From: Candidatus Parcubacteria bacterium
Lineage (GTDB): Bacteria > Patescibacteriota > Patescibacteriia > Magasanikbacterales > UBA922
Reading direction: 5' to 3'
Assembly: GCA_002869205.1 (NCBI GenBank)
Contig: PKTJ01000066.1
Coordinates: 187-64,186, forward strand
DNA length: 64,000 nucleotides
Made by a program: the position numbers and the translations under genes. The notes under the pieces were generated by a model, which worked only from the letters and a program-made list of their open reading frames with translations, made no database searches and had not been told where the DNA came from. This document shows positions 28,831 to 37,989 of the stretch, piece after piece (the first letter of the stretch is position 1; the number at the start of each line of letters is the position of its first letter).

Positions 28831-30180
28831 TTATTTACTTAATTCCATCATTTTATCTAAACTTATTTTTGCTTTTTGTAATACTTCTTTACCAAGATTA
28901 ATAATTTGATCTTTACGTGGATTCTTAAGTGCAGTGAGAATATCTTCTAACTTTATTTTTTTCATATACGGACAGAGCTGGCAGCTACCAACAATGTGTT
29001 TATTCGGGAATTCTGTTTGTACCCTGTCGGTAATACCGCATTCAGTAATTAGCATGTAGTGCTCAGAAGGGTTGTCTTTTACATAGTTCAACATATCACT
29101 CGTGCTACCAACTAGATCAACCGAGTCAATGACAGAGGGGGTGCATTCATAATGTGCTAATATTTTTGTATGAGGAAATTGAGCTCTAATTTTTTTTACT
29201 GCGCGTTTATCAAATTGTTCATGCACTATGCATACACCATCCCATAAAATTAACTTTTTTTTCGTCAATTTTTGTAAGTTATGCCCCATAAGCATGTCGG
29301 GAATAAAAATAATTTCATCGTTTGGAAGACTTTCGATAATTTTGAGTGCATTTGAACTGGTGACACATATATCACTTTGAGCTTTTACTTCCGCACTCGT
29401 GTTTACATATGTCAAAATAGGAACTCCTGGATGTTTTTCTTTTAGATTTTGTACATCTTTGGCAGTGATTGAGTCAGCGAGTGAACATCCTGCAACTGCA
29501 GGAATAAGGACTTCTTTTTCTGGACTCAAGATTTTTGCAGTCTCACCCATGAAGTGTACTGAGCAAAAAATAATTTTCTTTGCGCTGTGTTCTGCCGCAA
29601 TTTTACTAAGCCCATATGAATCTCCAAGGAAGTCTGCTACACCATACATAATGTCTGTTGTTTGGTAAGAGTGGGCGAGTATGATGGCATCTTGTTCACG
29701 CTTTAATTTATTTATTTCAAGTGTTGTTGGTGCAATGCTTAGACAGTAGCCAAATGTCCTTTTTGTTTTTTTTAATTTTTCAAATAGACGTGCAGCTTCT
29801 TCACGTATCTCGGTTGCGCTGATGTTAATATTTTTTTTAATCATTTTTACGTTGTAATTTTTTTCTTCAAATAATTTTTTTACTACATCATTTCCTGTAT
29901 ATACTGTGTCAAATTCTCCAACAGTATTTTTGACATGATTAACCCATTCATTTTCGTTATGAATATCAGGAATGGCGATGATTTGATAATTTAAATTTAA
30001 TCCATCTAGATTAGATTCTATGTTTTTTTTACGCTCCTCAAAACTTTGTGGATTGTCATCGGTTTCACTATATTGTGAGCTACCAACACCAATAATAATC
30101 TCACTTTCTGAGATTTGTTTAATGGCATCTAAATGCCCATCATGAAATGGCTGGAATCGTCCGATGAATAGTGCTTTCAT
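28831..30180 (-). CDS. nadA: fusion protein: N-terminal NadM-type NMN adenylyltransferase plus C-terminal quinolinate synthase
   Basis: N-terminus GRFQPFHDGH..ISATEIR (cytidylyltransferase, NadM-like). C-terminus ILAHSYQ, VADFLGDS, CSVHFMGETAKIL, TYVNTS, VTSSNA and Cys ligands of NadA. Confidence 0.8.
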   Translation of the reverse strand: MKALFIGRFQPFHDGHLDAIKQISESEIIIGVGSSQYSETDDNPQSFEERKKNIESNLDGLNLNYQIIAIPDIHNENEWVNHVKNTVGEFDTVYTGNDVVKKLFEEKNYNVKMIKKNINISATEIREEAARLFEKLKKTKRTFGYCLSIAPTTLEINKLKREQDAIILAHSYQTTDIMYGVADFLGDSYGLSKIAAEHSAKKIIFCSVHFMGETAKILSPEKEVLIPAVAGCSLADSITAKDVQNLKEKHPGVPILTYVNTSAEVKAQSDICVTSSNALKIIESLPNDEIIFIPDMLMGHNLQKLTKKKLILWDGVCIVHEQFDKRAVKKIRAQFPHTKILAHYECTPSVIDSVDLVGSTSDMLNYVKDNPSEHYMLITECGITDRVQTEFPNKHIVGSCQLCPYMKKIKLEDILTALKNPRKDQIINLGKEVLQKAKISLDKMMELSK

Positions 30181-30184
30181 GGCA

Positions 30185-30227
30185 GAGTTAGAAAGTTTAT
30201 AAAGTGAAAAAGTTTTAAAGTTTACAG
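30185..30227. repeat. AAAGTT-motif repeat (GAGTTAGAAAGTTTATAAAGTGAAAAAGTTTTAAAGTTTACAG) in the nadE-nadA gap
   Basis: Shares GAGTTAGAAAGTTTA-AAAGT with the in-frame repeat at 42577-42616. Confidence 0.5.
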
Positions 30228-31012
30228 ATAGGAGGTATTTTGTTTTTGTGAGTGGCTTTGTTCATCAACTTTCTTACTTTTTCTACATCATTTGTTTCAA
30301 ATTTATCTAGACTTTTATTTTGTTCAAGTGACGTCAAAATTTTATCGAGTGTTTCATATGTCATTCCAATCTCATCTTCATCAGTTTGCCCATCCCATAG
30401 TCCAGCCGTTGGTGGGCGATCGATTATTTCCTGCGGTACACCTATGTATTTTGCAAGCTCTCGTTCTTCGGTCTTGTATAAGTCACCAATGGGAAGGAGG
30501 TCTGCGCCGCCGTCACCATGTTTTGTAAAGTATCCAATTGAGAGTTCAGTCCTGTTTCCTGTACCGAGCACGAGTCCGTCTAGTTCGTTTGCTTTTCCAT
30601 ACAGAAGTGACATGCGAATGCGTGCTTTCAGATTTCCCAAAGATTGTTTTGAGGTATAAAGGTTATCTGTAGATTTTTGGAAGCTTTCAATAATAGTATC
30701 AATATTGAATATTGAATATTTAATATCTAGATTTTCACATATATTTTTTGCATATTCCAAATCTTGATCAGTATTTGTTTCAGAAGGGGATATGATTGTA
30801 TGAATTTTATTGCTCCCGAGTGCTTCTGCTGCTAAATATGCAACGACAGAAGAGTCTAATCCGCCACTTAATCCCAAGACGGCAGGCTTGTCTTCACAGT
30901 ACTTTTGCAAGAAGGAAATAATCGATTTTTTGGAGTGTTCTGAGTTCATGTGATAGGTATTATGATCGACAGGTATTCTAGCACAAGGATCCACAGTTGT
31001 CATTATTGACAA
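30215..31012 (-). CDS. nadE: NH3-dependent NAD+ synthetase
   Basis: PP-loop SGGLDSS, about 265 aa, NAD cluster context. Confidence 0.9.
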   Translation of the reverse strand: MSIMTTVDPCARIPVDHNTYHMNSEHSKKSIISFLQKYCEDKPAVLGLSGGLDSSVVAYLAAEALGSNKIHTIISPSETNTDQDLEYAKNICENLDIKYSIFNIDTIIESFQKSTDNLYTSKQSLGNLKARIRMSLLYGKANELDGLVLGTGNRTELSIGYFTKHGDGGADLLPIGDLYKTEERELAKYIGVPQEIIDRPPTAGLWDGQTDEDEIGMTYETLDKILTSLEQNKSLDKFETNDVEKVRKLMNKATHKNKIPPICKL

Positions 31013-31048
31013 ACTTGCCTGATTTATGTATAATTTTCTCGTCCTTAA

Positions 31049-31120
31049 GGCCCCATCGTCTAGTGGTTAGGACATCTGGTTTTCATCCAGAAAACAGGGG
31101 TTCGATTCCCCTTGGGGCTA
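31049..31120 (+). tRNA. tRNA-Glu (anticodon TTC)
   Basis: Manual cloverleaf: acceptor GGCCCCA/TGGGGCT, anticodon stem-loop TCTGG-TTTTCAT-CCAGA, T-loop GGGGTTCGATTCCCC; CCA not encoded. Confidence 0.75.
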
Positions 31121-31135
31121 CGAATTATCGTACTA

Positions 31136-31164
31136 TTGACATATATGTGTTTATATAGTACTAT
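31136..31164 (+). promoter_or_regulatory. sigma70-like promoter upstream of rplJ (TTGACA-17-TACTAT)
   Basis: Read directly from the sequence. Confidence 0.5.
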
Positions 31165-31189
31165 ATTCACATCCATAGACAGCAGGTGC

Positions 31190-31295
31190 CATAAGGCTTA
31201 ATTTCCTGCCGAGGTAACTCTTAGCTAATTTTAGCTAAAATAAGGTCGAAGAGTACCGAAAAGTCTGTGGTTAAAAACCACAGTTTTATTTTTTC
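31190..31295 (+). promoter_or_regulatory. rplJ (L10) leader with intrinsic terminator/attenuator
   Basis: Structured leader ending in CTGTGG-ttaaaaa-CCACAG plus a T-run 6 nt before the rplJ ATG; analogous to L10-leader autoregulatory elements. Confidence 0.45.
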
Positions 31296-31300
31296 AAGTT

Positions 31301-31822
31301 ATGGCAAAAACAAAACAAACTAAAGAACAAGCCGTTCAAGAGTTGGTGGAGAGCCTAAAAAACTCAAAATCAGCTGTTTTTGCAAATTTTCAAGGACTCA
31401 AAGTTTCTGAGTCTGAAGAGCTTCGCGCACTTTGTCGTGAACAAAACGTGAAGTATGTGGCTACCAAAAAGACATTGCTCAAGCGTGCACTCGCTGAACT
31501 TGATCTCGAAGTAGACACAAAAGCATTTGAAGGTGGTCCTGCTATCGTCCTCGGAGTAGAAGACGAAGTTGCTCCAGCTCAAATTCTTGCAAAATTTGCA
31601 AAAGATCATGAACTCGCAACTATGTTTGGTGGAATTTTAGAAGGAAACTATATTGACGGAGAAAAAGTCAGTGAACTTTCAAAACTTCCAAGCAAAGACG
31701 AGCTTCTTGCGAAAATGGTTGGTTCTCTCAATGCACCGGTATCTGGATTTGTAAATGTCCTTGCTGGTAATTTGCGTGGACTTGTAAGTGTACTAAACAA
31801 TATTAAAGACGCAAAAGCGTAG
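31301..31822 (+). CDS. rplJ: 50S ribosomal protein L10
   Basis: Typical L10 N-terminus (KEQAVQELVESLKNSKSAVFANFQGLKV) and position before rplL. Confidence 0.95.
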   Translation: MAKTKQTKEQAVQELVESLKNSKSAVFANFQGLKVSESEELRALCREQNVKYVATKKTLLKRALAELDLEVDTKAFEGGPAIVLGVEDEVAPAQILAKFAKDHELATMFGGILEGNYIDGEKVSELSKLPSKDELLAKMVGSLNAPVSGFVNVLAGNLRGLVSVLNNIKDAKA

Positions 31823-31830
31823 GTAATATA

Positions 31831-31894
31831 CGGATTTCCGGATAATCCAGATTTACAGATATCTGTCGATCAGGATTATCCGGAGATAAGGATC
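31831..31894. repeat. palindromic intergenic repeat family P, copy 2 (between rplJ and rplL)
   Basis: CGGATTTCCGGATAATCCAGATTTACAGATATCTGTCGATCAGGATTATCCGGAGATAAGGATC. Confidence 0.65.
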
Positions 31895-31933
31895 TAAAAG
31901 ATTAAGTTAAATTATCATAAATTTACAAAACGT

Positions 31934-32347
31934 ATGTCAGAAGAAACAAAAACAGAGGTAGTAGTACCAGAAAAATTTAAATCTCTTGTAGAAGAGGTTG
32001 AAAAAATGTCTGTACTTGACCTCGCAGAACTTGTAAAAGTTCTTGAAGACAAATTTGGTGTTTCAGCTGCTGCTCCTGCAATGATGATGGCAGGCGGTGC
32101 TGCTGCTGGCGGTGACGCTCAAGCTGCAGAAGAGAAGACTGAATTCACTGTTGAGCTTACTGCTGCTGGAGATAACAAAATTGGTGTTATCAAAGCTGTA
32201 AAAGCTGCAACTGGACTTGGTCTTGCTGATGCAAAGGCACTCGTAGACGGAGCTCCAAAAGCTATCAAAGAAAATATCGCAAAAGCTGAAGCTGAAGAGC
32301 TTCAAAAAGCTTTAGAAGAAGCAGGTGGTTCTGTAGAACTCAAATAA
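31934..32347 (+). CDS. rplL: 50S ribosomal protein L7/L12
   Basis: Ala/Gly-rich hinge and conserved C-terminal domain ([30 protein letters not shown]). Confidence 0.95.
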   Translation: MSEETKTEVVVPEKFKSLVEEVEKMSVLDLAELVKVLEDKFGVSAAAPAMMMAGGAAAGGDAQAAEEKTEFTVELTAAGDNKIGVIKAVKAATGLGLADAKALVDGAPKAIKENIAKAEAEELQKALEEAGGSVELK

Positions 32348-32351
32348 ATCG

Positions 32352-32716
32352 TTTGTCATCCTGAGCGTAGCGAAGGATCTTTCGAAAATAAGACCGGTGT
32401 TGATTCACCGGTTTTTATTTTTGTGATACACTACTAGTAGTATTCACTAACAAATTCATGTAATATGCATTTAAGTTGGGTTTTTGTTTTGATCTCTTTA
32501 ATTATTTTATACGGATTTTATGCATATAAGATGTATAAGAAAGATCAGGAGATAGAAAGGTGGAGATCAGAGTCTGAGAAATGGCATAGACGGTATAAAG
32601 AAAAAGGTGAAGAATAAAAAACTGACATTCTGCTGTCAGTTTTTCTTTTTAAAACATTTGTGGTCAGAAAGATCCCTCGACTTCGCTGCGCTCCGCTCGG
32701 GATGACAATTACATAT
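32352..32716. mobile_element. MITE-like element: ~35-bp imperfect terminal inverted repeats (TTGTCATCCYGAGCG..AGCGAAG..GGATCTTTC) flanking a ~290-bp AT-rich core with hairpin terminators at both ends and a 28-codon ORF
   Basis: The left repeat 32352-32386 and the reverse complement of the right repeat 32674-32716 align. Internal hairpins ACCGGTG-ttgat-CACCGGT+T-run and CTGACA-ttctg-CTGTCAG+T-run. Confidence 0.45.
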
Positions 32717-34955
32717 TAAATCTGTAGACTTTGTTTTCGTCTAGAAGATAGACTGATTTTTCAGATTCTTGTACCACTATGCTTGTCGGGTTTTGCCAAG
32801 CATCAGATGTGTACTGTCCTACGAAATTACCTTCCTTATCAATTGCTACAACACGCTTGTGTGTTGGTTCGAGAATGTATACATTGTTTACATCTGCATA
32901 GGTCCAGATCTCACGTGGATTTTCTAGTACTGGGTCAAGTCCTCGAATTTCAAATCCTTGTTGTGTTCCTGCAAAGAATTTAAGTATGGTATTGTCTGTC
33001 AGCACATATATGTCACCATCCACGGTAAGTGAACGTGCATTACTCAGTGAGTCTGTTTTGCTGGTTATCCATTCACTACCACGATCATATCCTGTTTGTA
33101 TTGGGTTGTGTTTGTAGATTTGATCATTTTCTGAACTCAATAGATATGTACGTCTGTTGTAAATTGATATATCAGTAAGAGGTGGGTCATCTACTGGATA
33201 TGTTATATCTTTGTTTGCAAATCCATTTGATTCCTTTTCAAGCTCAACTATATTGTTGTTGCTAGAAATAAATACCGCTTTGTCATCTTCTTTTGGTACA
33301 TCAGCCGCTGATAATTGCGCGATGGTTTCGTGCTTTTTTTGTTCTACATTTTTTGTTATTGGGTCTACGGTGTAAAGGATTTCGTCTTCAGGGCCGTATG
33401 CAAGTATTTTTTCATTAAATAATATAATGTTTGTGGTGTTTGCCTGCCCGTTTGAAACAGATAGGTCTGTGATGAGTTCAGCGTCAACAACAGTTATGTT
33501 TCGCAATGTCTGTAGTAGAGTTTCAATGCTTTGTTTTAAATTGTCGCTTGTTTCTCTTTCACTATCTTTTTTTGTAGGAAGCGTGCTTGCGAGCTCTGAT
33601 GCTTCGTTGAGAAGTTCAAGTGCTTTCTCATCTTCTCCATACAAGAGTCTACTTTCTGCTTCATCTCTTTTTTCTTCAATCGTTTCAATAAGGGTCGTGT
33701 ATTGTGCCTGTTTTATTTCACGGTTTTCTCGCACCTTTATATAGGTAATACTTCCAATAAATAGTATTACAAATACAAGTAAGGCAATAAACAATACTTT
33801 ACTTACCATGCCCATATGTCTTACTTGGTGCTTTTTGTTATCAATATATGATTTTGAACTGTCGATAGTTAGTGTTCTCTTTCCGTTCTTATTGGTAATA
33901 AAATAAAAGCTGTGTTGTAAAAATAAAGCTGTCCATTCAAGTATCTTTTTTGAAACAATAAATAATCCGGTTCCGAGAATCACAATACCTCGTCCAAGTA
34001 GGATAAGTAATTTTCCTGTCCAATTTTCTTGAGATTGGACAGAAGATGTGCGGTGGTTAGTTTCTATATTTCCATGTCGTGTTGTCTTTGTCTCTGTTGC
34101 ACGTTTTTTTGCTTTTTCTACTCGTTTATTCTTTCCTGAGGTAAATTTTTGAAATACGTCTTTTACCTTACCTTTGGCATGCTTCATGATGGGTGGAGAA
34201 AGCGTTTCTTCTGTTGCTTTTGCCGTACCAAGAAAGTTATCAAGAGATGCTTGTGAACCAACATGCTCTTTTTCGTCTTCTTCTATAAGTGGTTGTATAG
34301 ATTTTGGTGTGTGAAATAATATACCACCAAAGGAGTATTCATTTTTTAGACTTTCAAGTACCTTGCCGATATGCATGGCACTTTGTCTTGTGGTGCGCGA
34401 CTGCAGTATCTTTCGTACACGATCAGAAGAGAAGAAATCATTGACATGCGGTGTTGCAATATACACGAAATCTCCTTTGCTTATATTTCCTTCCACTACA
34501 GCTGAAAAAAGTTGGTGTGAATTGTTGGTATCTCCGTCTATAATAGATGTCTCTCTGAGTCCGTCTGGTGTTGTGTAGTAGAGTAGTGCTTGTGGTGCAC
34601 CGTGATAGGCGAGCACTAGTCGTGAATTATTGAGTGTGCCAACGAGTGCATTTATTTCACTTTCTTTGTATCCGAGTATATGGTGACTTTTGCGATTGAT
34701 ATCCTGGATGATGTGTTCAAATGTTTCATCATCAACATCTTCGGTTTCATAGTATTCAGTTTCTATCTCATCAATGATTTGTTGGAGTTGTGTGATCTGT
34801 TCATGGTGGCTCTCGTTTATTTCGATGAGTGCAAAAAAATAACCCTTTTCTTTCTCCTCTTGGGTTACGGGTTCTGCAAGGTGGAGGAGTACATGAGAAG
34901 TCTGTTGATCATTTCCTTCAACAAAAAATTCTTGAATTTCGAGTTTATTGTTCAT
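32709..34955 (-). CDS. hypothetical large membrane protein (748 aa): N-terminal cytoplasmic domain, two TM helices, coiled coil, C-terminal beta-rich domain
   Basis: ORF plus hydrophobic segments; no confident family assignment. Confidence 0.5.
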   Translation of the reverse strand: MNNKLEIQEFFVEGNDQQTSHVLLHLAEPVTQEEKEKGYFFALIEINESHHEQITQLQQIIDEIETEYYETEDVDDETFEHIIQDINRKSHHILGYKESEINALVGTLNNSRLVLAYHGAPQALLYYTTPDGLRETSIIDGDTNNSHQLFSAVVEGNISKGDFVYIATPHVNDFFSSDRVRKILQSRTTRQSAMHIGKVLESLKNEYSFGGILFHTPKSIQPLIEEDEKEHVGSQASLDNFLGTAKATEETLSPPIMKHAKGKVKDVFQKFTSGKNKRVEKAKKRATETKTTRHGNIETNHRTSSVQSQENWTGKLLILLGRGIVILGTGLFIVSKKILEWTALFLQHSFYFITNKNGKRTLTIDSSKSYIDNKKHQVRHMGMVSKVLFIALLVFVILFIGSITYIKVRENREIKQAQYTTLIETIEEKRDEAESRLLYGEDEKALELLNEASELASTLPTKKDSERETSDNLKQSIETLLQTLRNITVVDAELITDLSVSNGQANTTNIILFNEKILAYGPEDEILYTVDPITKNVEQKKHETIAQLSAADVPKEDDKAVFISSNNNIVELEKESNGFANKDITYPVDDPPLTDISIYNRRTYLLSSENDQIYKHNPIQTGYDRGSEWITSKTDSLSNARSLTVDGDIYVLTDNTILKFFAGTQQGFEIRGLDPVLENPREIWTYADVNNVYILEPTHKRVVAIDKEGNFVGQYTSDAWQNPTSIVVQESEKSVYLLDENKVYRFNM

Positions 34956-35058
34956 AGTTAAAATACGTTGACTTTTATGGTCATACTTATTATACTATAA
35001 CTCGCAAAAGCTTGGAAGAGCTGGTAGGCCAAAAAAGCCCACAGGGCCTTGAATAGTA

Positions 35059-35721
35059 ATGGAGGATTTTTTAGAAAGATGTCAGTTTATCGGCATTTTA
35101 AAATATCAGTATATGCTTGAACAACTATTTGGTTCAAAGACCAGATTAAAAATTTTACGTGTTTTCTTTCGTGATCCCCAGGAATCTTTCTTTGTTCGGG
35201 AGTTGTCACGGCAAGTAGGTGTTCAGATCAATGCCGTTCGTCGCGAATTAGAGCTACTTCTGAGGCTGGATATTATCCAGGAAAAAGAAGAGAAAGAAAA
35301 AAAGGCAGAGGAGATAACGAGTGGTAAGGCAGGTGCGGGATTACGTAAATATTACCAACTTAACCCTGAGTCAATTATTTACTCAGAGCTTCAGGCACTT
35401 CTTTTGAAAGACACCATCATTGGTCAAAAAGAATTTATAAAAGAACTTGAACAAAAGTCAGGGGATGTAAAATTGCTTGTTTTGACAGGGGAGTTTACCG
35501 GCACAAGAAAAGCACCAACTGACTTACTTATTGTTGGAAAAATAAAACCACGGTCACTTTCAAAAATTATAGAACAGTATGAGAAGGATTTGGGATTTGA
35601 TATTCGCTATACCGTGATGAGCGATGGTGAGTTTGCTGATCGTAGATATGTGATGGATAAATTTATATATGGAGTCTTTGAGGCAGAACATTTGAAGGTG
35701 GTAAACAAACTAGGTGTATAA
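35059..35721 (+). CDS. winged-helix (ArsR/MarR-like) transcriptional regulator with C-terminal domain
   Basis: wHTH segment TRLKILRVFFRDPQESFFVRELSRQVGVQINAVRRELELL. Confidence 0.5.
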   Translation: MEDFLERCQFIGILKYQYMLEQLFGSKTRLKILRVFFRDPQESFFVRELSRQVGVQINAVRRELELLLRLDIIQEKEEKEKKAEEITSGKAGAGLRKYYQLNPESIIYSELQALLLKDTIIGQKEFIKELEQKSGDVKLLVLTGEFTGTRKAPTDLLIVGKIKPRSLSKIIEQYEKDLGFDIRYTVMSDGEFADRRYVMDKFIYGVFEAEHLKVVNKLGV

Positions 35722-35735
35722 AACCTACAAAATAT

Positions 35736-36122
35736 ATGTTTTTGTTAATCGACATGTCAGAGCTAGACCAGATTCATCTGGCTCTTTTTGATTCAGAAAA
35801 GCGGTTTGACAAAACATTTGAAGGAAGAAATCGTGAGCTTCTAGCATCGATCGACACATTAACGAAAAACCATGGAGCATGGAGCATGGAGCAGTTGGAA
35901 GGTGTTATGGTTGTGGTGGGTGCGGGGAGTTTTACGAGTACCAGGATTGCATGTGTGGTGGCGAATACGTTTGCTTATGCAAAGCAGATTTCATTACTCG
36001 CTATTTCAGTTGACCAAGTTGATCAAGTGCAGGATTTAATCCCAGAACTTTTGAAACAACCAAAGGGGCAGTATATTTCAGCAACTTATTCAGCTGAGCC
36101 AAATATTGGGAAGAAAAAGTAA
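35736..36122 (+). CDS. tsaB: tRNA threonylcarbamoyladenosine biosynthesis protein TsaB-like (inactive Kae1 homolog, short form)
   Basis: N-terminal ASKHA fold pattern with GAGSFTSTRIACVVANTFAYA matching the YeaZ/TsaB GPGSFTGVRIGIG region. Confidence 0.6.
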   Translation: MFLLIDMSELDQIHLALFDSEKRFDKTFEGRNRELLASIDTLTKNHGAWSMEQLEGVMVVVGAGSFTSTRIACVVANTFAYAKQISLLAISVDQVDQVQDLIPELLKQPKGQYISATYSAEPNIGKKK

Positions 36123-36123
36123 T

Positions 36124-36399
36124 ATGAAACGTCTCACACTAAAAATTTATGGAGATGTACAAAATGTCTTTTTTCGTCAAAACGTGCTTGAAGTTGCCAA
36201 GAGACTGCAACTAACTGGTTGGGTGAGAAATGATAAAGACGGATGTGTGTCTGTTGTTGCAGAAGGTGAAGAAGATAAACTTATTGAGTTATTGGGTTAT
36301 TGTAGTGAAGGACCAAAGATGTCTGTGGTAGAAGATGTCGTAGAAAAGTGGGAACATATAAAATCTAATAAGTTTGAGGAGTTTAAAATCATGTATTAG
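36124..36399 (+). CDS. acyP: acylphosphatase
   Basis: VQNVFFRQ..A..LQLTGWVRNDKDGCVSVVAEGEE matches the acylphosphatase signatures; start placed at MKRLTL. Confidence 0.8.
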   Translation: MKRLTLKIYGDVQNVFFRQNVLEVAKRLQLTGWVRNDKDGCVSVVAEGEEDKLIELLGYCSEGPKMSVVEDVVEKWEHIKSNKFEEFKIMY

Positions 36400-37891
36400 C
36401 ATTATGCTTACTGACTATCAACGGTACAGACTATATGAGATATTGCCAGGGTTGACTATCTGGCTTACTTTGATACTCGGGATTTTATTTTCGTTTATAA
36501 AACCATTATGGATGATATATTTTATCATTCTTTTTGATATATATTGGGTACTCAAGGTTATTAATTTTGCGTTTTATCTTGTCACTGCGTGGTTTCGGTT
36601 TCGTCGTGTCAAACGTGTTGACTGGAAAGACGCTCTTCATCATGAAATTACAGATTATGATACCAAGCGTCATATTGTATTTTTGACCGTATATAATGAA
36701 TCTTGGGATGTGGTACGAAGTGCCATGCAAAGTGTGTGTGATGCATGCTATGATCATACTAAATTCACTATTGTTGTGGCGGGTGAAGAAAAAAACAAAG
36801 AACATTGTGAACAGATTTTTAGACATGTTGAACAAACATTTGGTGATTGTTTTGCTGACACCGTATTTACATTACATCCGTCAGACTCAGACGGAGAAAT
36901 CCCGGGCAAAGGATCAAACCTTCATTTTGCAGAGACACAGATGAAAGTATATGTTGATAAGAAAGGTTGGAATTATGATGATATTATCGTGACTGTCTTT
37001 GATATCGATACCGTGTGTCACTCAGGATACTTTGCATATCTCACATACTTATATTGTACACATCCAAATCCTACACGATCATCATTTCAGCCAATTGCTC
37101 TATATAATAACAATATGTGGGAATCTCCATCGATCTTGCGTATTATGGCATTTAGTACCACGTTTTGGACCATGATGAGTCTGGCTCGACAAGATTCGCT
37201 GGTTACATTTTCGTCACACTCTATGAGCTTCCGTGCATTGGTTGATGCAGGATTTCATGAAAAGCGTATTGTGAGTGAGGATTCTCGTATTTTTTATCAG
37301 TGTTTGCTCAAGTATGATGGTGAATATGAAGTAACACCAATGTACATGCCTGTATCTATGGATACGGTGCGTGATGATAATTGGTGGCAAAGTATTAAGA
37401 ATTTATATGGGCAACAACGTCGATGGGCATGGGGTGTTGAGCATGTACCTTACTTGTTGTGGGAATTTCGTAAAAAAGGAAACAAGATTCCACTTTGGAA
37501 AAAATTTAAATGGGTTTTTATAGAATGGGAAGGTAAGTGGTCGTGGTGTCTGGCAGCTCTTATTATTACTATTTTGGGGAGACTGCCTTTGTGGGTTGCC
37601 GGACCTGAGGTTCGTCAAAGTGCGTTGTTTTTTAATGCACCACATTTACTCGAAGTACTCATGCTTACCGCTATGACAGGGCTCATGCTTTCTGCTATAC
37701 TAAGTATTCCTATACTACCAAAACGTCCCGAAGTACATTCAAAACACATGTACATCATCATGCTGTTGCAATGGATTCTTTTGCCTATTGCAATGATCCT
37801 CGTTGCAGCTATTCCTGCGATTGATGCAGTCACACATTTAATGTTTGGTAAGTATCTAGGCTTTAATGTTTCACAAAAGAAAAGAAATTGA
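36374..37891 (+). CDS. family 2 glycosyltransferase, processive (cellulose-synthase-like) membrane enzyme
   Basis: DxD-type motifs (FDIDT), QQRRWAWG (QxxRW) motif, multiple TM helices. Confidence 0.7.
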   Translation: MRSLKSCISIMLTDYQRYRLYEILPGLTIWLTLILGILFSFIKPLWMIYFIILFDIYWVLKVINFAFYLVTAWFRFRRVKRVDWKDALHHEITDYDTKRHIVFLTVYNESWDVVRSAMQSVCDACYDHTKFTIVVAGEEKNKEHCEQIFRHVEQTFGDCFADTVFTLHPSDSDGEIPGKGSNLHFAETQMKVYVDKKGWNYDDIIVTVFDIDTVCHSGYFAYLTYLYCTHPNPTRSSFQPIALYNNNMWESPSILRIMAFSTTFWTMMSLARQDSLVTFSSHSMSFRALVDAGFHEKRIVSEDSRIFYQCLLKYDGEYEVTPMYMPVSMDTVRDDNWWQSIKNLYGQQRRWAWGVEHVPYLLWEFRKKGNKIPLWKKFKWVFIEWEGKWSWCLAALIITILGRLPLWVAGPEVRQSALFFNAPHLLEVLMLTAMTGLMLSAILSIPILPKRPEVHSKHMYIIMLLQWILLPIAMILVAAIPAIDAVTHLMFGKYLGFNVSQKKRN

Positions 37892-37907
37892 AATATTGAG
37901 ATACGGA

Positions 37908-37972
37908 TTTCCAGATACCCTAAGGGCATCCATCTTCGGGGATAATCCAGATTTACGGATTTTGTATCTGTA
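37908..37972. repeat. palindromic intergenic repeat family P, copy 3 (with a 23-nt ACCCTAAGGGCATCCATCTTCGGGG insert)
   Basis: Read directly from the sequence; copy 5 carries the same insert. Confidence 0.6.
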
Positions 37973-37989
37973 TATCAGAATATTATTTT

